A stretch of 64,000 nt of DNA from a virus. This document shows positions 34,579 through 44,400 of this stretch, one piece after another; position 1 is the stretch's first letter, and each line of letters begins with the position of its first letter. The stretch spans positions 23,893-87,892 of the IMG/VR virus record IMGVR_UViG_3300045303_000221; one strand, 5' to 3'. The notes below the pieces were generated by a model, which ran no database searches, was not told the origin of the DNA, and worked only from the letters and a program-made list of their open reading frames with translations. The position numbers were made by a program, and so were the translations under genes.

Positions 34579-36762
34579 ATGGACCTGACAGCGCAGATCG
34601 AGGCGGCTGCGCAGACCGCCGACCCCAACGAGCGCCGGGCGAAGCTCCGCATCCTGCGAGAGGAAGCGGAGGCGCAACTGGGGACGATCGACACCCACCT
34701 CGCCGACGTGGACTACGAGCGCGAGGCCGCCGTCCACGAGTTCACCGCCAAGGAAGCCGCCGCGCGCCACAACGCCACCCTGCGCGAGGAACTGATCCGA
34801 CGCGGCATCTCCGACGAAGCGAGCATGGACGACGCCGGACTGCTCTCCCACGCCGACCTCGACGCGCTCTCCGAGGAGGGCCTGCTGGAGCACGCACTGG
34901 ACGTGCTGTTCCCCGTCACCGAGGGGGCGGGCGGGAAGGTGTTCGGCACCATGATCCACTTCCAGGAGAAGCTGCACCCGCGCGGCCGAGGCGGCAAGTT
35001 CGCGAAGAAGCCCGGCGGTGGCGGCCCCGAGCCGAAGGCCGCGAAGCGCGCCCCGAACGTGCCCGGCAACGGCGGCGGCAAGACCAAGGCGCAGTCGCGC
35101 GCCACACCGGCACCGGCCGCCAGCGCATCACACGCACGACGCGAGGCGGAAGCCGCCCGCGCGAAAGAGTTCAAGCCGGTCGTGCCGGAGGACGTGCCGC
35201 AGCGCCCGAAGGGCCAGAGCGAGGAGAACAAGGCGAAGGTCGCGAACCTCGCAGCACGCATCGGCAAGCGCATCGCCGGAGCCGCCGCAGGCCGCCAGTC
35301 CTCACCGGAGAACACGATCTTCAACGCGAAGGGCAGCGTCTCACAGCACACGCTGCTCCAGTACGTCCGCGACGCCGCCAGCGAGCCGGACACGATGCAG
35401 CTTCACTCGCGCATGGGCCAAGACGGCCGACCCGTGTTCACCGCGGAACGCAAGGCCCTGCACGAGGCGATCATCGACATGGCGCTGCGCGCACCACGCT
35501 TCCGCCCAGACCCGCAGAAGCCCGACAAGAAGCTCCTGGAGTTCGACCCGAACGGCGCATTCCTGGAACCCGACCCCGACGGCCAGCCCAAGACGCTATT
35601 CAGCGGCGGCGGCTACGCAGCGGGCAAGGGCGCAAGCCTCGCCCGACTCGGAGACGACGAGAAGCCACGCAACGCGATCCTGCTCGACCCCGACCGGATC
35701 AAGGCGCTCCTCCCCGAGTTCCACGACGGCCTGGACAGCGACGACCCCGAAGCGAACCTGCACGTCTACCGCGAAGCGTGGGAGATCGCGCAGGAAGTGC
35801 AGCGCCGCGCCCAGGCGAAGAAGCTGAACATGGTCGTGGACGGCATCTCGGACACGACGGTGGAGGAAATCGACTCGCGCGTGCAGAGCTTCCTCGACCA
35901 CGGCTACAAGGTGCACATGGTCTACACCGACATCCCCACGGAGGAAGCGATCAGCCGCGCAGCGGGACGCGCAGCCGGGGCGAAGGCCGACAGCGACCGA
36001 CGCCACATCCCCGACACGATCATGCGCGCAGTGCACCGCGACGTGGCCGCGACGATCCCAGCCCTCATGGAGCACATGCAGTCGAAGCCGGAAGGCACCG
36101 CAAGGCCACGCATCGAGGTGTACGACAACCACCAGGGACAAGCCGACGACGGATCGTTCAACCCGCCGAAGCGAATGGCGCTATTCGACCCGGAGACGGG
36201 CCAGTTCAACGTGGAGGACGACGCGCTGTGGCAGCGCCTGCAAGCGAAGGGCGACGAGAAGATCCCCGGCCTCGACGCGCCGGAACGACCCGCGCAACCC
36301 GCGCCGGTCAGCGAAGCGGCGGAACCGCCGCAGGAAGGAGCGCCCGCCGTGCAGCCGGACGCACCCACACCGACACCCGCAGACGAGCCGCCCGCACCGA
36401 CGCCCGGCCCGAAGACGACGGACGAGATCGTGCAGGCCGGACTGCGCGTGGACGTGCCGTACGAACTGCCCGCCAGCCAGCCACTGAAGTACGAGGAAGG
36501 CGAACCGGCAGCGGAGACGCCGCCGGTGAACGCGAGCGAGATGGCCGACCGCGCGAGCGACGCGCTGGAGCGCAGCGGCATGACGAACGACCCGGACAGC
36601 AGCGCCGCGACCGGCCTGTTCCAGTACGACGCGCACGACGAGGCGGATGCCGTGAATCAAGCTCCGAAGGATGATTCACAGCCGGAAGCGAAAACGCCTG
36701 CAAATCCGGCACCGGTGAATACACCGAAGCCACCTTCGCCCACCGGCGGGACGCAGGGCTAG
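34579..36762 (+). CDS. zeta-toxin-like P-loop kinase with HPR tag
   Basis: FSGGGYAAGKG, LDPDRIK, MVVDG, AISRA..RA, RHIP, EVYDN; FQEKLHPRGRGGKF; leaderless TAGACT-N7-ATG. Confidence 0.8.
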   Translation: MDLTAQIEAAAQTADPNERRAKLRILREEAEAQLGTIDTHLADVDYEREAAVHEFTAKEAAARHNATLREELIRRGISDEASMDDAGLLSHADLDALSEEGLLEHALDVLFPVTEGAGGKVFGTMIHFQEKLHPRGRGGKFAKKPGGGGPEPKAAKRAPNVPGNGGGKTKAQSRATPAPAASASHARREAEAARAKEFKPVVPEDVPQRPKGQSEENKAKVANLAARIGKRIAGAAAGRQSSPENTIFNAKGSVSQHTLLQYVRDAASEPDTMQLHSRMGQDGRPVFTAERKALHEAIIDMALRAPRFRPDPQKPDKKLLEFDPNGAFLEPDPDGQPKTLFSGGGYAAGKGASLARLGDDEKPRNAILLDPDRIKALLPEFHDGLDSDDPEANLHVYREAWEIAQEVQRRAQAKKLNMVVDGISDTTVEEIDSRVQSFLDHGYKVHMVYTDIPTEEAISRAAGRAAGAKADSDRRHIPDTIMRAVHRDVAATIPALMEHMQSKPEGTARPRIEVYDNHQGQADDGSFNPPKRMALFDPETGQFNVEDDALWQRLQAKGDEKIPGLDAPERPAQPAPVSEAAEPPQEGAPAVQPDAPTPTPADEPPAPTPGPKTTDEIVQAGLRVDVPYELPASQPLKYEEGEPAAETPPVNASEMADRASDALERSGMTNDPDSSAATGLFQYDAHDEADAVNQAPKDDSQPEAKTPANPAPVNTPKPPSPTGGTQG

Positions 36763-36793
36763 CCGAAATGATTCACGCGAAAGAGGTAGCCGC

Positions 36794-37132
36794 ATGGCGA
36801 TGACCGTCCGTCGGATCGTGCTGGACGACGTGGTGGGGCCGCAGAAGGTGCAGATGGCACCGGAGGGCTTCCCGATGACCGCCACCTACTGGAGGGACCC
36901 GGACGACGAGGGGATGACCGTCTCGGCGCTGGTGCTGTACGCGGCGGCGGACGAGGCCGACTCGACCGCGGAGTGGACGGTGACGGTGGTGCGGGCCGGG
37001 GACGTGGTGCCGGACGACGGCAGCTACGTCGCGTCCACGCTGGCCGCCGACGGCCGCGTCCGGCACGTGTTCGTGACGCCGCCGGACTGGGACATCGACG
37101 GCACCGACCCGCCGTCGTCCGACGCCGCGTAG
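36794..37132 (+). CDS. conserved phage protein
   Basis: GAGGT RBS; VLYA...GDVVP...YVAS....RHVF, similar pattern to 14442. Confidence 0.6.
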   Translation: MAMTVRRIVLDDVVGPQKVQMAPEGFPMTATYWRDPDDEGMTVSALVLYAAADEADSTAEWTVTVVRAGDVVPDDGSYVASTLAADGRVRHVFVTPPDWDIDGTDPPSSDAA

Positions 37133-37136
37133 ACCG

Positions 37137-37159
37137 GAGCGCACATCGCGTGTTAGGGT
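37137..37159 (+). promoter_or_regulatory. conserved promoter copy
   Basis: GAGCGCACATCGCGTGT-TAGGGT. Confidence 0.65.
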
Positions 37160-37164
37160 GGCCG

Positions 37165-37421
37165 CAGACCGAGCGGTGGGGAGACGCTGGCTCGGCAGAC
37201 GGTCACCCCACGTGGCCTTTGCACACGGACTCCCCCTGAGATACTGCCCCCCGAGCAGCCCCAATACGGTCGCGGCGTCCGACCCCCCGTAGGTCGCCGC
37301 GACCGGGGTGGTGGCCTAAGATGGAGGCCGGACCCACCTCCGGGTTGCCTCCCGAGTTGCACGCTAGGGTCCACGTGGGGCTGCGGCGTTTCACGCGAAC
37401 GTCGCAGTCCCACCCTGTCTG
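37165..37421 (+). ncRNA. candidate multibranch ncRNA
   Basis: Long-range pairs CAGACGG/CTGTCTG and CCCCACGTGG/CCACGTGGGG enclose several hairpins; no credible ORF. Confidence 0.55.
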
Positions 37422-37448
37422 ACGGTTGAGTGCGTAGAGTGCTCAAGG

Positions 37449-37739
37449 GTGAGCACCCCTCTGCCACTGCTCGCGTTGGACAGCACCGTCAGCGTGGTCA
37501 CGACGATCGTGGCGGTCGTGTCGGCGCTGTCGGCGATCGTGCTGGGCTGGCTGAAGTGGGGCCGGGAGGACGCCGGGCAGACCGCTTCGACGGCGAAGAC
37601 GCTGGTCGAGACGATGCGCGATGTGAGCGCTGAGGTGAAGGCGCAGCGGGACGAGTGCATGGTGGATCGTGAAGCGCTGCGCGTAAAGGCGCAGAATCTG
37701 GAGGCCGAGCTTGACCGGCGGGAGGCCGAGCGTGGCTGA
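37449..37739 (+). CDS. TM + coiled-coil protein (possible lysis accessory)
   Basis: N-terminal TM, C-terminal heptads. Confidence 0.65.
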   Translation: MSTPLPLLALDSTVSVVTTIVAVVSALSAIVLGWLKWGREDAGQTASTAKTLVETMRDVSAEVKAQRDECMVDREALRVKAQNLEAELDRREAERG

Positions 37740-38406
37740 GCAGCCCGAGGTCACCGAGGTGATCGAGCGAGAGGACGACGACGAGTCTGCGCTGGTGGGA
37801 GCGCTGGACGGGATGGCGGCCGAGATCCGGACGCTGCACTGGCGCTCGCGGCTGTCGCTGATCGTGATGGGCGTGCTGACGCTGTTGACGATCCTGGCGT
37901 TCGGGACGGCGGCGCTGTCGCTGCGGCAGACGGCGAACGCGGCGAAGGACCGGGCGTCGCAGGCGAAGGTGGAGGCGCAGGCGGCGAACGCCTTGCTGGT
38001 GCAGTGCCTGACGAAGCAGACGCAGGCGGAGATTCAGGCGTGCCTCGGGGTGATGCCGGGTGCTCCGGGCGAGCCGGGCGTGGAGGGCGCGGCGGGCGTG
38101 CCGGGAGTGCCGGGGACGCCGGGCGAGCAGGGCCAGCCGGGCGCGATCGGGAAGCAGGGGCCGCCGGGCGCGACGGGGCCTGCGGGTCCGGCCGGGCCGA
38201 CGGGGAAGGGAGGGCCGCGAGGCGCTACGGGATCGCGAGGGGCGACGGGTCCGACGGGGCAGACCGGCCCGCAGGGGACGCCTGGGCCGCCGGGTCGGCG
38301 TGGGCCAGCGGGGCCGCAGGGACGGCCGGGCGCTCCGGCGCAGTTCCCGCTGACGATGACGTGCCGCTCGCCGGATGGCCGCACGTTCACGTGTAACCCC
38401 GCGTGA
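37732..38406 (+). CDS. membrane-anchored collagen-like protein
   Basis: TM, about 30 Gly-X-Y triplets, C-terminal TC.....TFTC. Confidence 0.8.
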   Translation: MAEQPEVTEVIEREDDDESALVGALDGMAAEIRTLHWRSRLSLIVMGVLTLLTILAFGTAALSLRQTANAAKDRASQAKVEAQAANALLVQCLTKQTQAEIQACLGVMPGAPGEPGVEGAAGVPGVPGTPGEQGQPGAIGKQGPPGATGPAGPAGPTGKGGPRGATGSRGATGPTGQTGPQGTPGPPGRRGPAGPQGRPGAPAQFPLTMTCRSPDGRTFTCNPA

Positions 38407-38426
38407 GCGACAGCTAGAGTCTGCTC

Positions 38427-41400
38427 GTGGAGCCGCACGACGATCTGTCTGAGGCCGCTGGCGGAACGCCGCCACCGAAGCGTCGCGGTGGGCAGGGCGC
38501 GAACCAGGAGTTTGAGGGCGCGCACCCGCGATCGGCGAAGGGCCGGGTGGGCGGCGGCGAGTTCGCGAAGAAGCCCGGGCAGGGCGGCGCGGCGAAGCCG
38601 AAGATGCAGGCGGTGTCGGTCGCGTCGGCGCTGAAGGCGGCCGGGGTGAAGTCGATCGCCGAGTTCCAGAAGACGCGCGGGCTGCCGGTGACGGGCAGGC
38701 TCGACTCGCGGACGATGGTGGCGCTGCGCAACGCCTACGTCGCGCACCTCGTGGACTTGCAGTCCGGCGGTGGGACGGCGGCCGGGACGAACGCGGCGGC
38801 GAAGGCCGGGGTGACGCTCGGGCTGCACGACTACGCGAAGCGCGGGATGGGCACGAAGGCAGACCCGGACTCGCGCGTGAGCCGGGTGCAGCAGACCCTG
38901 GAGCGGCTGGGCTACGACGTGCCGATCGACGGCGTGTATAGCTCCGAGCTTGAGACGGCCGTGAAGCAGTTCCAGGCCGACCACGGACTGCCCGCCACGG
39001 GCGTCGTGAGCGTGCAGACGCTGCGGCAGATGGACAAGCTCCACTCGCAGCGCGACGCCGGGAAGGAGCCGGGCGGCGGCCTGTCGGCGGACACGCCGGG
39101 CACGAAGCACCGGGTCGGCACGGACGAGGTGAAGTCGCTCGCGAACCGGGCACGCGCCGGGCGGATCGCGCGCACCGGCCGGGTGGCGGCGACGGTGAAG
39201 ACGACCACCCCGAAGGCGAAGGCGAAGCCGACCGGCACGAAGCCGCGCAAGCCGCCTGCGACGACGGCCGTGAAGATCACCCAGGCAGCGGTCGATGAGC
39301 CGGACGAGGCGCGCTTCGACGCGCTCGTGATCGACGGCGAGGAGGTCGAGCCGACGGACGTGACGACGCTCCCCTGGTGGGACGAGGACGAGACGTTCGC
39401 GCAGGAGGCGGCGATCGACTGGCGCGAGGTGCTGCACCCCCGGAACCGGCTCGGGAAGTTCCGGCGCGTGTTCGGCGACCCGCGCCCACAGACGCACACG
39501 CAGCGGCTGGTGGCGGAGCCGCCGGTGCAGACGCGGCGCACGGCCGGGAAGCTCGGGGCGCGTCGCACACGGCGCGAGACGCCGGTGCCGGACCAGTGGG
39601 GCCAGAAGCTGATCGAGCACGCCGAGTGGAGCGACAAGGACAACAAGTGGCTCCAGGAGGGCGGGGTGCTGGCGACGGTCACGCACCTGGCGACGGCGCA
39701 CCGCTGGCCGAGCATCGCGCCGTTCCAGGGGTTCGACGCGAAGTCGCTGCGCAACTCGGAGGGCGAGCTTCGGATCAGGCCGCCGCAGGAGGTGAACGGG
39801 CAGCGCATTTTCGAGCAGTGGTGGATCACGGCCGCGATCAGCGCGGCGAAGAAGGGCGTCACCGAGATGGTGATCGCGCACGAGGTGGGGCACATGCTGG
39901 ACGCATCGCTGATGCGCCCCGAGGACGGCCAGCCCGATCCGCGCAACAAGAGGATGGACTACCACTTCCACGGCAGCGAGGCAGCGGCGAACATGTCGAT
40001 CGAGACGATCGAGCGGCAGGGCTTCGCGATGTCGGCGGAGCAGCACGCGAGGTGGCGCGAGTTCCTGAAGATCGCCGTCACGCCGTCGGTGCTGGGGCAG
40101 ACGAAGTACGCGGCGAAGTACCACCGGTCGCCCGCCGAGTTGTGGGCGCGGGCGTATGCGCAGTGGGCGGCGTCCACGCAGGGGCCGCCGCTGGGGATCG
40201 AGCGGGCCGCGATTCCGGGCATGACGTGGCCTGCGGACGAGTGGGAGCCGGTCGGCCGGGCGGTGGAGTCGGTGCTTGGCAGCTACGGGCTGCTGCACAC
40301 GGACGGCGCGTTCAAGTGGGAGGTGCAGCCGGGCGGGATCGAGCCGCAGATCATGCCGGACGCGGCGCAGAAGACGATGAACGCTGTGCACAAGTTCATC
40401 GGCGACCAGCGGATGCACGGCGCGGCGCAGGCGCTGCAGGGCTTCGACTTCAAGTACGTCGATACGGTGGGCGGCGAGCACGAGTACGAGCGCGAGGTGG
40501 GTGGCGGTCTGCTCACCGGGTTCGTCAAGCCGAACGACCCGTCGATCCGGTGGGAGTTTGAGGCGGACGTGCAGGCGACGCCGCCGTATCAGCGGAGTCG
40601 GCGGGCACCGAAGCCGATGCCGGAGTACGTGCGGCAGGAGGGCCTGAACGCGGAGGCGGAGATGGAGTCGCGCGGGGTGCCGCCGATGGGCGTCCTGCTC
40701 GACCGCGGCTTCCGCTCCGAGGACTCGCCGTCGAAGGCGCACGCGGTGTACGCGAAGACGTTCCCCGAGGGGAAGCTGCGCGCCCGGTTCAAGCACGGCG
40801 AGCACAAGGTCGAGTGGAAGTGGGAGGGCGACCTGCCGGACATCACGTCGGAGGTGAGCGCGCCGCTGCCGGTGCCGCCGAAGCCGGAGTGGGTCCGACC
40901 GGATGATCCGGAGGGCGAGTCCTCGGACGAGTTCCTGGTGCGGATGGCCCGCGAGCGCGAGCGGACGATGACGTGGGAGCAGGAGGTGAAGCGGGGCCTC
41001 TCTGTTGGCCGGTGGACGGAGGCGGAGGCGAAGGAGGCTGGCTACCACACCCAGAGCCGCGGGGAGGGATGGGAGCCGCTGCCGGACGGGCCGCTGTTCC
41101 ACGTGACGACGGCCGCGAGCGCGGTGCGGGCTGGTGGGCTGAAGACACGGTACGAGCTTGCGCAGGGTTCGGGCGCAGGGCTGGGCGGCGGCGCGGAGGA
41201 CACGATCTCGTTCACCACGGACGAGACGATCGCGCGCGCCATCGCGCTGGGCCTGCGGGAGATGCGGATGGTCGCGCGCGGGGAGGTGTCGGCCGCCGAC
41301 CTGTTGCGGCACGCGGAGAACGGCACCGCGGCTGATAGGCCGTTCGCGACCGACCTGATCCGGTACTACGACTACGCGAACCGGGCGTGGTCGCCGGGAG

Positions 41401-44400
41401 ACGAGTTGCCGTCGGAGTTGCGGCTGTTGCTGGACGGCAAGCGACGGGTCGGTCACACGCACATGCCATCGACGCGAGAGGAGGCGGCGGCTGAGGCGGG
41501 GATCGCGCCGGAGCTTCTGACGCACTCAGATCAGTCGATGCCGTTCGGACGGGGGGCGCGGAACGACTGGGTGGGGCCGATGACGGACGCGCAGTTGCGC
41601 GAGAAGACGGTGGACTTTTACCGGGCGTTCCAGACGTTCCGCGAAGGCGCGGGCGGGCCGTTCAACCCGCTGTTCTTCTCGTCCGACACGGAGGCGCTGG
41701 CGAACGTGCATCCGTCGGAGATCCGCATCCTGCGGTTCCGGCGGAAGGCGAACGGGCACGGCTACCGGACGGCGGGGATGGAGGAGATCCGCACCGGCAG
41801 CGGCGAGGCGGTGCAGTTGGAGGACGTGCTGCGCGAGGACGCCTTCGACCTGTCGGAGGCGACGCACGAGTGGACGACGCTGCGGACGGACAAGGTGCGG
41901 GTCGGCGCTACCGAGGTGATCGGCCCGGACGTGACGACGCTCTCGTGGTGGCGCGAGGAAGCTGTGCAGGAGGCGTCCTGGCGCTCGGTGCTGCACCCTC
42001 GCGACCGGCGCGGCCGGTGGCGACACACGCTCGGGAAGCCGAAGGCGCGGAGCACGATCACGATCGACCCGGGCACGTTTATGCCGCCGTCGGGGCCGCT
42101 GGCGAATGGTCGGCCGCGCACGAGGGCGAAGACGCCGGTGCTGGACGAGACGCAGCGGATGATCCGCGACGCGCCGTTCCTCGATACCGACGTGGGCGAC
42201 GAGGTGCCGACGGAGTTCAACGTGGTGATGGCGCAGGCCGTCGTCGCGGAGGCACACCGGTGGCCGGAGTTGCCGCCGCTGACGTTCGTGCTGGGCGACC
42301 TGGAGCCGGGCGTGAAGGGAGAGTTGAGCATCACGCCGCCGGTGCCGCCGTTCCAGGAGGAAGCGTGGGAGTTGGCGCTGGACGAGAAGCTGATGGGCGT
42401 GGAGGGCGCGACGACGTTCGCGCACGAGATGGGCCACGCGGTGGACGCTGCGATGGCGCGCGACGTGGGGTATGTCGAGGGCAACAACGTGCGCGGCGCG
42501 GTCGGGAACTTCGGCTACTTCGCGTCGGGCATGGCGGCGGCCGACAACCCGTACGGCGAGGTGCTGCTCGGGCCGGAACGGTTCGCGGCGTGGCGGCACT
42601 TCCTGAAGATGGCCGTCACGCAGTCGATCGTGGACGAGATGTCGTCGCCGCCGGACTACTACCGCTCCCCGCACGAGTTGTGGGCGCGCGCCTACGCGCA
42701 GTGGGTGGCGACGCAGGACGAGGCGCTGATGGGCGAGATGCACGACGTGCACGAGCACGGCTGGCCGCAGGACGAGTGGGAACCGGTCGGACGGGCCGTG
42801 GAGCGGGTGCTGGGCGCGCACGGGCTGCTCTACGAGGGGGACGAGGCGTGGGTGGCGGAGGTCGGCCCGGAGCCTGAGAGGCGGCCTCTACGGCAGCCTC
42901 CGCGGTCGCAGATCGAGACGCCGCTCCCGCCCGTCATCCGCCAGAAGGCGGTCGCGGTGATGCACGACCTGACGCACATCGACCACAACCAGACGGGCGT
43001 GACGACGGACGACGTGATGCGGACGCACGGCTTCGCGGAGCCGGAGGGAGAGGCGCTGGCCGATGCGTTCCGGGAGGGCCTGGTCGGCGTCGGCTACAAG
43101 CTGTACGTGAGGGAGTTCCCGGTGGGCCGGGCGTGGTTCCGGGTGCGGACGGGCGAGCAGCCGCCGACGGAGCCGAACTTCTCGTGGATCGGCGAGGCGC
43201 TGCCCGACCCGCTGACGTTCGTGGTCGAGGCCCCGGATGACGAGGACGACCTGGAGTGGTTCCCGCTGGCGACGCCGGACGAGGTGATCGTGGACGGCGA
43301 GGTGATCGAGGGGCCGGACGTGACGACGTTGCCGTGGTGGGACGACGACGACGTGGTGGAAGCGGTGGACTGGCGGCCCGGCCAGCATCCTCGCGATCGG
43401 CGCGGTAGGTGGCGCGACGTGCTGGAAATGCCGAAGTCGAACGTGCTCGACAGGATCTCGGTGAAGTCAAGGGCGGAGCCGGACAAGCCGCTGACGACGA
43501 AGCTCGCGGGCCACGAGGTTCCGGTCGTGGTCGGCGAGATCGACATGTCGTACGCCACGACGACGCGCGTGGTTGCGGCGTTCGCGGCGGTCAAGGATCA
43601 TCGGTTCCCGGTGGGGTTCCTGACGATCGACCGGGACAAGCACCGGGTCGAGTTGATCTACGTGGAGACGGACAACCGGCGGCAGGGGATTGCGACGGCG
43701 CTGTACCGGGCGGGCCTGGCGCTGTACCCAGACCTGATCTTCGACGCCGACCGGACGGATGAGGGGGAGGCGTTCACGACGGCGACGGGCGGGAAGCGGG
43801 AGCGGCGCAGGAAGTTCGCGACGGCGGAGGCGCGGCGTATCGGTAGCCGGTTCCTGGGGGCGATGTACGGGGCGACGGCGGAGGACATCAAGCCGATCGA
43901 GCCGCCGCAGTCGGAGGGGCCGATCAGGGTCGCCTCGCGCTCGGGCTACCCGCCGGGCGGCGAGTGGCGGCGGGCGGTCGGCCTGGGGGAGGACGCCTAC
44001 CTGGTGGGTGGCGCTCCCCGGAACCGGATCTTCGGGGAGCCGGTGAAGGACGAGGACTTCATGGCCCTGCAGACGCCGGAGGCGATCAAGGCGGCGGCGC
44101 TGGCGGCTGGGCACACGGTGGAAGACCTGATGGTGCGCGACCGGCTGGTGGGCGTGCGCGTCACCGGGTCGAAGCTGCCGTCGGGCGGGATCGAGATTGC
44201 GCCGCCGAGGGTGGAGCGCTCGACCGGCGCGGGCCGCCACGACTTTGAGATCGTGCCGCACCCGGGGATCGGGTCGGAGACGCCGGAGGTGCTGCTCGCG
44301 GCGGACGCTGCGCGGCGCGACTTCACGTTCAACGCGCTGTACGAGGACGCGGCCGGGAACATCGTGGACCCGACCGGCACGGGCCTCGCGGATGCGCAGG

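Noticed and set aside
38034-41525. 1163-aa minus-strand ORF (also 45786-49118, 43467-45467, 8132-10492, 4042-6408, 53617-56037)
   Set aside because: Antisense shadows of well-supported + strand genes; Arg/Pro/His-rich with no motifs, as expected in high-GC DNA
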